The notes under the pieces are model-generated. The model did no database searches. It was not told where the DNA came from and saw nothing but the letters and a program-made list of their open reading frames with translations. Positions 31,469-41,479 of a DNA stretch of 64,000 bases are shown one piece after another; position 1 is the first letter of the stretch; every line of letters starts with the position of its first letter. The stretch is from Polyangiaceae bacterium (GTDB lineage Bacteria > Myxococcota_A > Polyangia > Polyangiales > Polyangiaceae): assembly GCA_050287085.1 (NCBI GenBank), contig JBNKBE010000002.1, forward strand, positions 128,001-192,000. Reading direction: 5' to 3'. The position numbers and the translations under genes were made by a program.

Positions 31469-34189
31469 TCAGTGGGCCGCGCGCCAGTTCTTTGCGATAC
31501 CCACATCCACAGCGAGTGGCACCCGGAGAGGAAACACCCCTTCCATGAGCTCCCGGATGCGCGCTGTGGCGGCGTTGGCCTCGAGCTCGGGCACTTCAAA
31601 CACCAATTCGTCGTGCACGGTGAGCAGCATCCGCGTGTGCTCGGTGACCGGGGTTTGGAGATGGAGCATCGCGAGCTTGATCAGGTCGGCGGCTGTACCC
31701 TGGATGGGGGTGTTCATCGCGATACGCTCTGCGGCCAATCGGCGGGCGCGGTTAGCGTTGTTGATGTCTGGAACGCTGCGCTGACGTCCCATCAGAGTGG
31801 ATACCACGCCGCCCGCCCGTGCCTTTTCTAGCGTCTGGTCCATGAACGTTCTTACCCCGCTGTAGCGGCGAAAGTAAGCGGCGATGAACTGCCCAGCTTC
31901 CGCTCGGCTGATGCCCAGGCTCTTCGCCAGCGCACTATCTCCCTGACCATAGATGACGCCGAAGTTTACGGCTTTGGCCTGCCGTCTCAAGTCTTCGTCG
32001 ACGTCCTCTGCGTCGACTTCGAAGATCTCCATGGCCGTTCTTAGGTGAATGTCTTGGTCATTGGAGAAGGCATCGAGCAGGACGGGGTCCTCTGATAGAT
32101 GTGCCAGAACGCGCAACTCAATCTGTGAGTAGTCGGCGCTGATCAAGACGTGACCTTCTTGGGCGATGAAGGCGGAGCGAATGCTCGACCCGAGCTCGCT
32201 GCGAATGGGGATGTTCTGGAGGTTCGGTTCACTGGATGAAAGTCTTCCGGTCGCTGCCCCATCCTGATGCCAAATCGTATGCAGGCGCCCCGTTTTCGAA
32301 TCGACGAGCTTTGGCAGAGTATCGATGTACGTACCCTTCAATTTGCTCAGCTGGCGCAATTCGAGGATGACCGCGGGAAGCTCGTGAACTTCTGACAGGG
32401 CTTCCAGGGTTTCGGCGTCCGTGGAGCGCGACGTCTTGGTTCTCTTCAGCGGTTTGAGTCCGAGCTCGTCAAAGAGCAAAGTCTCGAGTTGTCGTGGAGA
32501 ATTGACGTTGAACTCACGGCCCGCAAGTGCGTGGGCTTTTTTCTCGAGCGAGCTCAGTTGCTTTTCGACTTCGACCCCGAGGTGCCGCAGCGCTGATGCG
32601 TCGAGACAAATGCCGCGCTGTTCTAGCTCTGCAAGCAGCGGAATGAGTGGTTGCTCCAGTTGACGCCAGACTGGCATCAACCCCTCGTCATCGAGCCGGT
32701 TCATATGGCGCTGCCACAATTCGAAGACGACTGTGCTTCGAGCTCCCGCAAGAGCTCCCAGGGCGTCGATGGCGACCTCGTCCAGCGCCATGCGGGTTCT
32801 CTTCTTCTCGACTTTCGTCAAGTCTTCTTCGCTCTGGAGGCTCAAGCCGAGTTCCGCCTGCGCCATTCGTTCGAGGGTGGCCTGTTCTCCTTTGCCCAGC
32901 ACGTAGCCCGTGATTCGGGCGTCGAACCCCACTTGCTTCAGGCTCCGGCCTGTGCGTCCCAGGAGGACGAGCAGTGACTTCACGTCGTAGCCGCCAAGTT
33001 CCACGCCTGCCTGCAGCAGTTCGTGGAGCCAGACAAGAACCTCGCTTTCCGCGAGTTGCGTCGGGACGCCCAGATAGCGGTGGCCCGTGGGGGCGTAGTA
33101 GGCGTGCTGAGCGTCCGGGGCCAGCCCAACTCCGACGACCGTCGACGTGAGCGCGGTCGAGCCCAGCAGGATCGGGACGACGCTGAGGCGTCCCGACGCG
33201 CGGGCTAGTTCTGCGATCGGAGCCAAGGCCTCCGCGTTCCCAACCAAGATGGGGGCGGGAAGCGGACGTCCCGCTTGTTCGGTCGGTAGCCCCGCGCCGG
33301 TCGCGTCGGTGGTGTCGTCGAGCATCGCCAGCTGGCGCATGAAACCGAGCTCGGCGTAGAGCTCGCGCAGCCTGGGATTGGGTTGCCGTTGATAACGCAG
33401 CTTCTCCGTGGAAAACTCGAGGGGTACGTCGTGACGGAGCGTGACGAGTTGCTGGCTGAGCTCAGCTTGCGCGCGATGCTCCTCCAATGTCTCACGGAGT
33501 TTCTTGCGCTTCAGCTCCGTCAGGTGGGCGTAGAGGCCCGCAAGGTCTCCGTACGTCGAGAGCAATTGCGCGGCAGTCTTGGGGCCCACACTCGGAACCC
33601 CAGGCACGTTGTCGGACGTATCGCCGATCAGCGCTAGGGCGTCGCGAACCTGACTTGGCCCGACACCAAAGCGCGCCGTTACTTCTTCGGGGCCGAAGAC
33701 TCGATCGCGCATGGTATCCCAGAGCACGACGTCCTCGCTGACCAGCTGCATGAGGTCTTTGTCGCCGCTGACGATCACCACCCGCAGGCCCAGGGCCGCG
33801 GCGCTTCCTACCAAGGTGGCGATAACGTCGTCCGCTTCGACACCATCCTGCTGAAAGACGGGGAGAGACAAGGCCTCCACAACCTCTCCCACGCGCCGCA
33901 TCTGGCTCCTTAACTCATCAGGAGGTGGGGGTCGGTTCGCCTTATACGCTGGGTAGAGCTCCTTGCGAAACGTCGCGGTGCGGGAGTCCATCGCGATCGC
34001 CAGGTGTCGCGGCTGACGCTCGCGAATGAGTCGCTCCAGCATGTTGACCGTGCCGAGGATCGCGTTGGTAGGCTCTCCGAGTGGACTGCTCAGGGGCGCA
34101 ATTGCGTGGAAGGCTCGGAAGACGTAGCCACTGATGTCGACGATGTACAATACGTCGTCGGCGGCTGCTTCAAAGAGTCGCGTCGCCAT
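31469..34189 (-). CDS. polA: DNA polymerase I
   Basis: 5'-3' exonuclease domain (FRAFHA, EADDVI, GDTSDN); polymerase motifs DYSQIELR, KAVNFG, VHDEL. Confidence 0.98.
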   Translation of the reverse strand: MATRLFEAAADDVLYIVDISGYVFRAFHAIAPLSSPLGEPTNAILGTVNMLERLIRERQPRHLAIAMDSRTATFRKELYPAYKANRPPPPDELRSQMRRVGEVVEALSLPVFQQDGVEADDVIATLVGSAAALGLRVVIVSGDKDLMQLVSEDVVLWDTMRDRVFGPEEVTARFGVGPSQVRDALALIGDTSDNVPGVPSVGPKTAAQLLSTYGDLAGLYAHLTELKRKKLRETLEEHRAQAELSQQLVTLRHDVPLEFSTEKLRYQRQPNPRLRELYAELGFMRQLAMLDDTTDATGAGLPTEQAGRPLPAPILVGNAEALAPIAELARASGRLSVVPILLGSTALTSTVVGVGLAPDAQHAYYAPTGHRYLGVPTQLAESEVLVWLHELLQAGVELGGYDVKSLLVLLGRTGRSLKQVGFDARITGYVLGKGEQATLERMAQAELGLSLQSEEDLTKVEKKRTRMALDEVAIDALGALAGARSTVVFELWQRHMNRLDDEGLMPVWRQLEQPLIPLLAELEQRGICLDASALRHLGVEVEKQLSSLEKKAHALAGREFNVNSPRQLETLLFDELGLKPLKRTKTSRSTDAETLEALSEVHELPAVILELRQLSKLKGTYIDTLPKLVDSKTGRLHTIWHQDGAATGRLSSSEPNLQNIPIRSELGSSIRSAFIAQEGHVLISADYSQIELRVLAHLSEDPVLLDAFSNDQDIHLRTAMEIFEVDAEDVDEDLRRQAKAVNFGVIYGQGDSALAKSLGISRAEAGQFIAAYFRRYSGVRTFMDQTLEKARAGGVVSTLMGRQRSVPDINNANRARRLAAERIAMNTPIQGTAADLIKLAMLHLQTPVTEHTRMLLTVHDELVFEVPELEANAATARIRELMEGVFPLRVPLAVDVGIAKNWRAAH

Positions 34190-34230
34190 AGGCGGCGGGT
34201 CTTAGCAGATCGGCGGACAGGCGGGCGGAT

Positions 34231-34394
34231 AGTTGCGCAGGTCGCAGGTCGCAGGTCGCAGGTCGCAGGTCGCAGTTGCGCAGGTCGCAGTTGCGCAGGT
34301 CGCAGTTGCGCAGGTCGCAGTTGCGCAGGCCGCAGTTGCGCAGGCCGCAGTTGCGCAGGTCGCAGTTGCGCAGGTCGCAGCGCGCAGGCCGCAG
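34231..34394. repeat. Intergenic compound tandem repeat: (GTCGCAG)x5 then (TTGCGCAGGYCGCAG)x7
   Basis: 7-mers at 34241-34275; 15-mers at 34276-34380; degenerate flanking copies. Confidence 0.97.
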
Positions 34395-34457
34395 TCCGGT
34401 CAGCGTAGCGGGCGGCGGCGCTTGGTCGCGCGGACCGATCCCTGCTAGTCTGCCGCC

Positions 34458-35801
34458 ATGGGCGATATGCAGCTGGAGCCTCTGGCCGGAATGCTCGTGG
34501 CTCAGAAGTACCGGCTGCTACACGCTATCGGGAGCGGCGGCATGGGGAGCGTCTGGGCGGCTGAGCATGTATCCTTGCGGACGCGCTGCGCCATCAAGTT
34601 CATGGAGCGCGCGCTGGCCGCACAGCAAGAAGGTCGCCAGCGCTTTGACAACGAAGCCATGGCGGCAGCGCGCCTATCGAGTCGACACATTGTACGGGTG
34701 TTCGACCACGGCGTCGACGACGCGACAGGCCGACCCTACCTGGTCATGGAGCTGCTGCGGGGCGAGCCCTTGGATCAGCGTCTCGAGCGCGAGGGAACCC
34801 TCGAACTACAAGAAGTGCGCAGTATCGCCTCGGATCTGGGCAAGGCGCTGCAGCAAGTGCATGCAGCGGGGATCGTGCATCGAGATCTGAAGCCCGAAAA
34901 CATCTTTCTGGTGCGCGACGAGGACGGGGACGCGGAGTACGCGAAGCTGGTGGACTTTGGCATTGCGAAGTTTTCCCGCGAGTCCGGACTCTCGTCGTCC
35001 ACAGAGACGGGGGCTGTTGTGGGAACCCCCCAATACATGAGCCCTGAGCAGGCTAGGGGCCTGCGGGCCGTGGATCAGCGCGCAGACGTGTGGTCGCTGG
35101 GGGTGATCGTCTATCGCGCTTTGACGGGGCGCTTGCCCTTCGACGGGGAGTCGGTGGCTGACGTCCTGGTCAAGATTTGCACGGCAGCCCCGCTGCCCCC
35201 GAGCACCCATGTCCCGCTTCCGCCGGATGTCGACCCCTGGATGGAGCGGTCGCTGCGGAAGGAGCCCGCCGCGCGCTTCGCCAGCGTTCGAGAGCAGGTG
35301 GAGGCGTTGCAGGGGCCGCCCTCCAGCGCGCCCGCGGATTTGCAAAGCGTGCGCTCCAACCCAAGCCGACTTCTCCTGGGGGCCGTCCTCGTGACAATCC
35401 TTGGCGCCGGGGCTGGCCTTTGGTACGTCGTTTCGCACGCGGGAGACCTGGCAGCGGCCTCCGGCCCGGAGCCGCTTGTGGAGGCTCCCACGGTGGCGGC
35501 GCCCCCCACAGGGTCTGAGTCGTCGGCGCTCGACACGCGCGTCCACCTGGGCGCCGCTGGGTCGAACGATGCAAGCGCACCGGCTGTGCCTCCGACGGGG
35601 GCGGATACGCCCGTCGCACCCGCTCCGCTTCGGCCCCCTCCGCGCGCCCTTCCCAGAGCGCAGCGCGACACGGCCCAGACCGCTGCGCCCGCGGCGCCGC
35701 CCCCGCCGAGGCGCAGCACTTCTTCCGGTCCACCCTCGGGAAACGCCTCAAGCGAGCCGAAGCGGGGCGAGCGCCCCGTGGAGGAGGAGCTGGGATATTG
35801 A
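34458..35801 (+). CDS. Membrane-anchored Hanks-type Ser/Thr protein kinase
   Basis: IGSGGMGSV, AIK, HRDLKPEN, DFG, GTPQYMSPEQ; TM segment; Pro-rich tail ending ELGY. Confidence 0.95.
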   Translation: MGDMQLEPLAGMLVAQKYRLLHAIGSGGMGSVWAAEHVSLRTRCAIKFMERALAAQQEGRQRFDNEAMAAARLSSRHIVRVFDHGVDDATGRPYLVMELLRGEPLDQRLEREGTLELQEVRSIASDLGKALQQVHAAGIVHRDLKPENIFLVRDEDGDAEYAKLVDFGIAKFSRESGLSSSTETGAVVGTPQYMSPEQARGLRAVDQRADVWSLGVIVYRALTGRLPFDGESVADVLVKICTAAPLPPSTHVPLPPDVDPWMERSLRKEPAARFASVREQVEALQGPPSSAPADLQSVRSNPSRLLLGAVLVTILGAGAGLWYVVSHAGDLAAASGPEPLVEAPTVAAPPTGSESSALDTRVHLGAAGSNDASAPAVPPTGADTPVAPAPLRPPPRALPRAQRDTAQTAAPAAPPPPRRSTSSGPPSGNASSEPKRGERPVEEELGY

Positions 35802-36107
35802 GCTCCGTCGACCTACATGAGAGCACCAAAGTTCGGAAAACGTGAGTCTTTCTCGCGTTCGTGCGGCGTTAAAGCGCCGCTTGGCGCTGGACATTCCCGG
35901 GCGACTCGCTAGTCTTTCTCCTGTGAAGCCAGGGACTTGGGGCGCAGTGGAAGTATTCAACGGCCGACCCGTTGGGGCCGGGAGGCGCTTCGGATCCGGT
36001 ATGCGGGGGCGAGTCGCTTGGCGAATCCGCGTGGGCGGGGCGGAGACTGTTTGGGCATTGCGCTTGGCACTTTTGGGGCTTCGAGAAGGCATCAATATGA
36101 GGGCACG

Positions 36108-36467
36108 ATGACCAAAGCGGAGATAGTTCAGGCAGTCTATTCCAAGCTCGGTGGCTTCTCGAAGAAGGAGGCGGCCGATCTGGTGGATCTTGTCTTCGAG
36201 ACCATGAAAGAGACGCTCGGACGTGGCGAGAAGATCAAGATCTCCGGCTTCGGCAATTTTGTCTTGCGCGACAAGCGGGAGCGCCAGGGACGCAATCCCC
36301 AAACCGGCGCACCGATCACCATTGCCGCTCGTCGCGTGCTGAACTTCAAGGCAAGCCAACTGCTGAAGGACTCGCTCAACCACGAGGGCGAAGACGGCGT
36401 TGCGGCGCCGGGGCTAGGTAGGGTTTCTCCCTTGGATTACGCCGAGCCGGACGACGACGACTTCTGA
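36108..36467 (+). CDS. ihfA: Integration host factor subunit alpha
   Basis: MTKAEI..KISGFGNF..DKRERQGRNPQTG..ARRVLNFKAS. Confidence 0.9.
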   Translation: MTKAEIVQAVYSKLGGFSKKEAADLVDLVFETMKETLGRGEKIKISGFGNFVLRDKRERQGRNPQTGAPITIAARRVLNFKASQLLKDSLNHEGEDGVAAPGLGRVSPLDYAEPDDDDF

Positions 36468-36606
36468 ATGTCGCAGGCGGGCGGCCGGACGTCGGTCGTG
36501 AGCCCGTAGCCCGGGACAGGGAAGTTCCGACCGGAGCGTCTGCTGTTGACGAGCGCTGCGCCACGGGCCAAACCCTGGCGCAAAGGCAATTACCCCGGAG
36601 GACGCG

Positions 36607-37089
36607 ATGGCTGAAGGCCTGAACAAAGTGATGCTGCTTGGAAATCTTGGCGCCGACCCTGAATTGCGGATGACCGCCGGGGGGCAGGCGGTGCTCAATC
36701 TGAGACTGGCGACCAGCGAGACCTACTTGGACAAGAACCGCCAACGTCAGGAGCGGACCGAGTGGCACCACGTTGTGATCTGGGGAAAACGGGCAGAAGC
36801 GCTCGGGCGCATTCTGGCAAAGGGTAGCCGGCTCTTCGTCGAAGGTGGCTTGCGCACCAGTAGCTACGACGATCGCGACGGCAACAAGCGCTACAAGACC
36901 GAGATAGTGGCCAGCAACGTCCTGCTGCAGGGGGGCGGGCCGCGCTCCGGGGGGGGTGGTGGTTACGATTCCGGCCCCGGACCGGGCGGTGGGGGCGGCT
37001 ACGACCCCGGTCCCGGACCGGGCGCAGGGGGCGGGGGGTACGACCCGGGACCCGGCGGGCCGCTCGGCGACGATGACATCCCGTTCTGA
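36607..37089 (+). CDS. ssb: Single-stranded DNA-binding protein
   Basis: LNKVMLLGNLGADPE, ERTEWH, terminal DDDIPF; Gly-rich GGGGYDPGPG repeats. Confidence 0.97.
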   Translation: MAEGLNKVMLLGNLGADPELRMTAGGQAVLNLRLATSETYLDKNRQRQERTEWHHVVIWGKRAEALGRILAKGSRLFVEGGLRTSSYDDRDGNKRYKTEIVASNVLLQGGGPRSGGGGGYDSGPGPGGGGGYDPGPGPGAGGGGYDPGPGGPLGDDDIPF

Positions 37090-37165
37090 GAGCAAGACCA
37101 CGGCCCGGGGCCGTAGGAGCGGCACTAGCTCTCAACCGTCGCACTCCCTTCGCCGTAGGTTCGCG

Positions 37166-38551
37166 GTGGAACGACGTGTCGCGCGACTGGCCATTGGACT
37201 ACTTGCTGTCGCCTGCGCGTCGGGAGCTGCGTCGGGAGCCCTGGTGCAGAGGTCCGAGCATAAGCAGGCTCCCGCGCGGCGGGCTCAGGCGACCGAGCCG
37301 GAGCCCGAGCCCGCTGTCTACGGCGAGCCCGAGCCGCCTACGCCGGGAGCTCGGGCTCCGGCTCCAATTCCACTGCCGCTGCCGCATTTCTACGCCAAGC
37401 TGGCCTCGCTTCTCAGTCTTCGAGATGGAGCTGAGAGGGAGGGTGAGGCGATGCAGGACGTGGTCCGCGTCGCCTGGTTTGGTGACTCCCATACGGCGGC
37501 GGACTTCCTCACCGGCGCCCTTCGGGAGCGATTGCAGTCGGTTTTCGGGGACGCGGGGCCCGGGTTTGTTCCGATCGGCACGAGTCTCGGGCGTCACGAG
37601 CAAGTGGCGGTTCAGGTCAAGGGGCGTTGGGTGCGTGAGCCACCTTCGCCCGCGTCACACGTTCGAGTTTCGGATGGGATCTTGGGCCTGTCCGGGTTGG
37701 GAGCCAAGGCCGAGCCCTACAGCGGAAGCTTGCGGCTCCATATGCGACGGGGTCAGGTTCCGCCCGCGGAGACCATGACGTGGCGCATCGTGTTGAGATC
37801 CCCGGACGGCCCGTTCAGCTGGCACGCGCGGGCGGGGGAGCAAGTTGCCAAGCTGCGCTTCGATGGCGCGCGCTGGAGCGCCACGGCTTCGGATGTGGCC
37901 GTCAGGGGTTCACAGCTCATGGCCTGGACCCTCGATGTCCCGACTGGAGAAGCGCTGGAGTTGCTGCCACCTTCGAGCGAAGTGGAGGTATTCGGGGCCT
38001 TTGGCGAAACTGCCGGGCCCGGCGTGGTACTGGACACCCTGGGCATCAATGGCGCTCGCATTCGAACCACACGCGCGTGGCACGAAGGAACCTTCGTCGG
38101 CGAGCTGGCAGAGCGAGGGCCCGCGCTGGTTGTCTTGGCCTACGGGACCAATGAATTGGGCGATAGGGCCCGCCCGGAACACTACGCGCCCTACTACGAA
38201 GCCATGTTGGAGCTGGTGCGCACGGCCAGTCCGGACGCGGATTGTCTCTTGGTGGGACCCACGGATCGAAGGGACGCGGATGGACATTCGCTAGCTCGAG
38301 TCGCCCAGCTCGACGACTTTCAGCGCCAATTCGCAAGCGAGGCGGGATGCGCGTACTTCAGTCTTGCCCAGGCGATGGGAGGCGCAGGCGGGTATCAGCG
38401 CTGGGCTCGCTCAGAGCCCCCTTTGGCCGGGGGAGATGGCGTGCATCTGACGGCGTTGGGTTACGTCAAGTTGGCCGAAGCTCTCGTCGACTCATTGCGT
38501 GAGTCATTCGAGCTCAGCACTGGACTCTCTTGGCAGCGGCCGAGTCACTGA
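37166..38551 (+). CDS. SGNH/GDSL-family protein, PatB-like O-acetyltransferase/esterase (lipoprotein-like)
   Basis: GDSHT, GING, YGTNE, DGVH blocks; AVAC lipobox-like; start uncertain. Confidence 0.8.
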   Translation: MERRVARLAIGLLAVACASGAASGALVQRSEHKQAPARRAQATEPEPEPAVYGEPEPPTPGARAPAPIPLPLPHFYAKLASLLSLRDGAEREGEAMQDVVRVAWFGDSHTAADFLTGALRERLQSVFGDAGPGFVPIGTSLGRHEQVAVQVKGRWVREPPSPASHVRVSDGILGLSGLGAKAEPYSGSLRLHMRRGQVPPAETMTWRIVLRSPDGPFSWHARAGEQVAKLRFDGARWSATASDVAVRGSQLMAWTLDVPTGEALELLPPSSEVEVFGAFGETAGPGVVLDTLGINGARIRTTRAWHEGTFVGELAERGPALVVLAYGTNELGDRARPEHYAPYYEAMLELVRTASPDADCLLVGPTDRRDADGHSLARVAQLDDFQRQFASEAGCAYFSLAQAMGGAGGYQRWARSEPPLAGGDGVHLTALGYVKLAEALVDSLRESFELSTGLSWQRPSH

Positions 38552-40083
38552 GGCGTCTCGGATGCGGGACGCTCGAGCTTCTCCTGCGGCTCCTTCAGGT
38601 GTTCGTTGAAGCCCTGCATGAGTGCTTGAAAAAGCCAGTTGCCGAGCACCTCCGCGCCGTATCCCGTGGGATGGGTCAAGTCCGCTTGGCCTAGCCCGCG
38701 CTTGACCCATTGTGCCATCGAGCCCCTGCCGCCCATCGCTTTGAAGGTGTCAAAATAGGCGCAACCCACTTCCCGGGCGGTGGCTTCCTGCTCCCGTACG
38801 ATGTGTGGAATGATCGGCAGCGTGACGAGCCATTGGCCTTGTTTGCGCGCCCGGTCCATCGCAGAAAGGACGAGACAGCCGGCGTCGGGCACCGCCGCGC
38901 GCCCCTGTTCGAGAACGGCTTTCATGGTGGCGTGGTAGTCCGCCATGGAATAGGCGAAGCCGTCACCGCTCTCGTTGGCACCGAATTGGTAGACGATCAG
39001 ATTGGGGCGGCGGTGTTGCAACTGCCCGGCCCAATGCGCGTCGTCCTGCTTGTCGAGAAAGCGCAAGCGTGCACCCTGGATTCCGATGGCGTCCAACACC
39101 ACGCCGGGGCGTGCGCGTTCAAGGACGAAACCGAACATGCGGGTGAAGCGCGTCTTGGTCACGACTTCGAATAGATGCTCTCCGTCTGGCACCGCCACTT
39201 CGTAGAACGCGCTCGTCGCGCTGGGGGCTTCCGTGGATAGGACGGCGATGCGTTCTCCGTCGACATTGACCTCCAGTTCGCCCCCGAAGGGCTGTTTGAG
39301 GTAGTGCAGCTCGAAACGCGACGCCGCACGACCAAAGCGACCTGTCTGAGCGGTGCCGACTCGGCTGCGCACGCCCGGGGGGGCTTTGAAAGAGACACCA
39401 CCGAGACCGTACAACCCGTCTTTTGCGTAAGGACCGACCACCCGCGATAGTTCGAAGCCACGCGAGGCGAATCGAAACACGTCGTTGTGAAAGTAGGCAG
39501 GCCAGGCGTCAGCGATCAGCACAAAGCCGTGGCCGGCGTCGCCGAACTCCGCCTGCAGCTTGCGTCGCAGCGTGGCGGTCACGTAGTCGCTCGCGACCAC
39601 CGAATCGCCGTGGTAAAGAATCCGAGTCACCGGGACGGGGGCGTCGCCTGTCGCCTGCGCTCGGCGCGAGCGCGCGAGGGCGCGGTAGAATGGTTCCAGG
39701 CTGCCTTCGGGATCAACGATCGGCAGGGGCGGACGCTCAGCGTCGACGCGGGGCACGTCAAATGGGGTTTGCGACGTGGCCGCGATCGGACCTGCTGGCG
39801 CCGCAGGAAGGACGACGCGTTCAGGTAGAGCCAGTTCGCGTCGCGTGGTTGTTACGGTCTCCAGGCGAGCTTCCCCGTACGTATCAAGCGGGGACGGCGC
39901 TGCGGGGGCGCTGGCCAAGGGGGGCAGAGGACGATGCCATAAGCGCCATCGCGCGGCGCCCGGAATGAACTCCAGCGCGAGCCCCGCCAGCAACACCCAC
40001 AGCACCGCGGCTACGGGGGGGGACGTCAGCAGTGAGCGGAGCGGGCTAGGCTGTGGTTTTTCGCGGGCGACGGAGTCACTCAT
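38545..40083 (-). CDS. SGNH/GDSL-family protein, PatB-like, N-terminal TM
   Basis: GDSV, GIQG, FGANE, DLTH blocks. Confidence 0.8.
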   Translation of the reverse strand: MSDSVAREKPQPSPLRSLLTSPPVAAVLWVLLAGLALEFIPGAARWRLWHRPLPPLASAPAAPSPLDTYGEARLETVTTTRRELALPERVVLPAAPAGPIAATSQTPFDVPRVDAERPPLPIVDPEGSLEPFYRALARSRRAQATGDAPVPVTRILYHGDSVVASDYVTATLRRKLQAEFGDAGHGFVLIADAWPAYFHNDVFRFASRGFELSRVVGPYAKDGLYGLGGVSFKAPPGVRSRVGTAQTGRFGRAASRFELHYLKQPFGGELEVNVDGERIAVLSTEAPSATSAFYEVAVPDGEHLFEVVTKTRFTRMFGFVLERARPGVVLDAIGIQGARLRFLDKQDDAHWAGQLQHRRPNLIVYQFGANESGDGFAYSMADYHATMKAVLEQGRAAVPDAGCLVLSAMDRARKQGQWLVTLPIIPHIVREQEATAREVGCAYFDTFKAMGGRGSMAQWVKRGLGQADLTHPTGYGAEVLGNWLFQALMQGFNEHLKEPQEKLERPASETPQ

Positions 40084-41353
40084 CGTCGGACTCGTCGATG
40101 CTCGGACGAGCGCTGCTGTGCTGCTCCTCAGAGTCATCGTCGCTCTGCGCATCACGCAAAGGGCTCGGGTTGTGCCGGCGTGGGTCGGAGCCTGCGCGGG
40201 GTAGGTCGCGCGGAGCGAGCTCTTGTTTGGCAAGACGGGTGAGGGCTTCCGCGGCCTCTCGCCGCCGTCCCTGATCGAGCCCAGAGCATTTTTCGATGGC
40301 TTGCAGCAGCCGTCGCTTCTCGCTTAAGTCGCTTGTGGCGGTGGCTCGGGCGAATGCCTGATCGGCCCAGTCCGCTTCGATGAGTTTGAATCGTTCGCTG
40401 GCCCGGACGTTGCTGCCAGGGGCGATGGTTGCGAGCGTCTCGTGAGCGCCTTCGAGATCGCCCTGGCTGTGCAGATCCGTGGCGCGGTCCAGTGCAAGCG
40501 CTGACGGTGAGCGCGCACTCTGGGAGGCCGCCGGCTGCCGCGTGTTGTCGGTAAGCCAGAAAAGTACGCCTCCCAAAGCAATGCCAGCTCCCAGAGCGGC
40601 CAGCAGCACTTTGGGATCTTTCAGGGTACCGAGCAGCACGGCGCCCAGCCCCGGCGCTTGAATGCGGCCTTGGAACCGCTTCGGATCGAAGTCTTGACCG
40701 CTGGGTACGAAGGTGAGCAGCACGTCACCGAGCTCAAGCAGATCGCCTGGGGCGAGCGTTGCGCTGGCGACCTCATGCCCGTTGATGCGCAGGCCGTTGG
40801 AGCTATCCTGATCCTCGACGCGGTAGCTGCCGCCGGGCATGCGCTCGATGTCGATATGCACTCGACTCACGGAAGTGTCGGCCAACGCGATGTCGCACTC
40901 TTCGCCTCGCCCGACCAGCAAGCGTTCTGGACCCAAGGGGTATTGATAGCCCGCGCCGGGGCCCTCCACCACCACGAGCCGGTCTCGGCTGCGCAAGTCT
41001 CGGCGGGAGCGCGGTCCAACGCGGGTTGTTTCGTGGGCGCGAGGCGCAGGGACAGCCGCCTCGGTCCCATCTGTCAACCACAGGCTGTAGTCGCCGAGTC
41101 GTAGCTGGTCACCTTTTGCCAACGCGACCGCCGTGCGGACCTCCATCCCATTTCTGAAAGTACCCGTCGCGGAGCCGCAGTCCTCGATGTACCAGCTGTC
41201 GCCTTCGCTCCAGATTCGCGCGTGGCGCCGGGAGATGTTGCGCTCGGTCAGACGGATGGCGTTCTGTTCAGCCCGCCCGATGTCATACTCGGTCCGGGCG
41301 AGATCGATAACCGTCCGATTGGACTGGTCATCTTCGATGCAGAGATTCCACAT
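40076..41353 (-). CDS. Tandem FHA-domain membrane protein
   Basis: IGR..ISRRHA..SATGT and VGR..VSRVH..SSNG motifs; TM segment. Confidence 0.9.
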   Translation of the reverse strand: MWNLCIEDDQSNRTVIDLARTEYDIGRAEQNAIRLTERNISRRHARIWSEGDSWYIEDCGSATGTFRNGMEVRTAVALAKGDQLRLGDYSLWLTDGTEAAVPAPRAHETTRVGPRSRRDLRSRDRLVVVEGPGAGYQYPLGPERLLVGRGEECDIALADTSVSRVHIDIERMPGGSYRVEDQDSSNGLRINGHEVASATLAPGDLLELGDVLLTFVPSGQDFDPKRFQGRIQAPGLGAVLLGTLKDPKVLLAALGAGIALGGVLFWLTDNTRQPAASQSARSPSALALDRATDLHSQGDLEGAHETLATIAPGSNVRASERFKLIEADWADQAFARATATSDLSEKRRLLQAIEKCSGLDQGRRREAAEALTRLAKQELAPRDLPRAGSDPRRHNPSPLRDAQSDDDSEEQHSSARPSIDESDDE

Positions 41354-41479
41354 GCGCGCCTTGGCGAATAATGCAACGAAAGCGCAAGCGAGCCAAGGAC
41401 ACAAGTGGGGGGGATGGGCTTTGGCCGGAGTTTCGGTGGCTTGTCCCCCGGACGCCCGTTGGAAGTCCCCGGATTCGGA

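Noticed and set aside
34231..34394. Possible CRISPR array, or the ORFs (AQVAV)n / (RRSQL)n
   Set aside because: Contiguous short repeats with no unique spacers and no cas genes; the ORFs are by-products of a stop-free repeat.
35898..36021. Inverted repeat GCGACTCGC/GCGAGTCGC upstream of ihfA as an ncRNA
   Set aside because: Single GC-rich stem over about 100 nt with no known RNA motif; likely chance.
36064..36080. Sigma54 promoter before ihfA (TTGGCAC-TTTTG-GGGCT)
   Set aside because: GG-N10-GC spacing fits, but the -12 element lacks TTGC; too weak to call.
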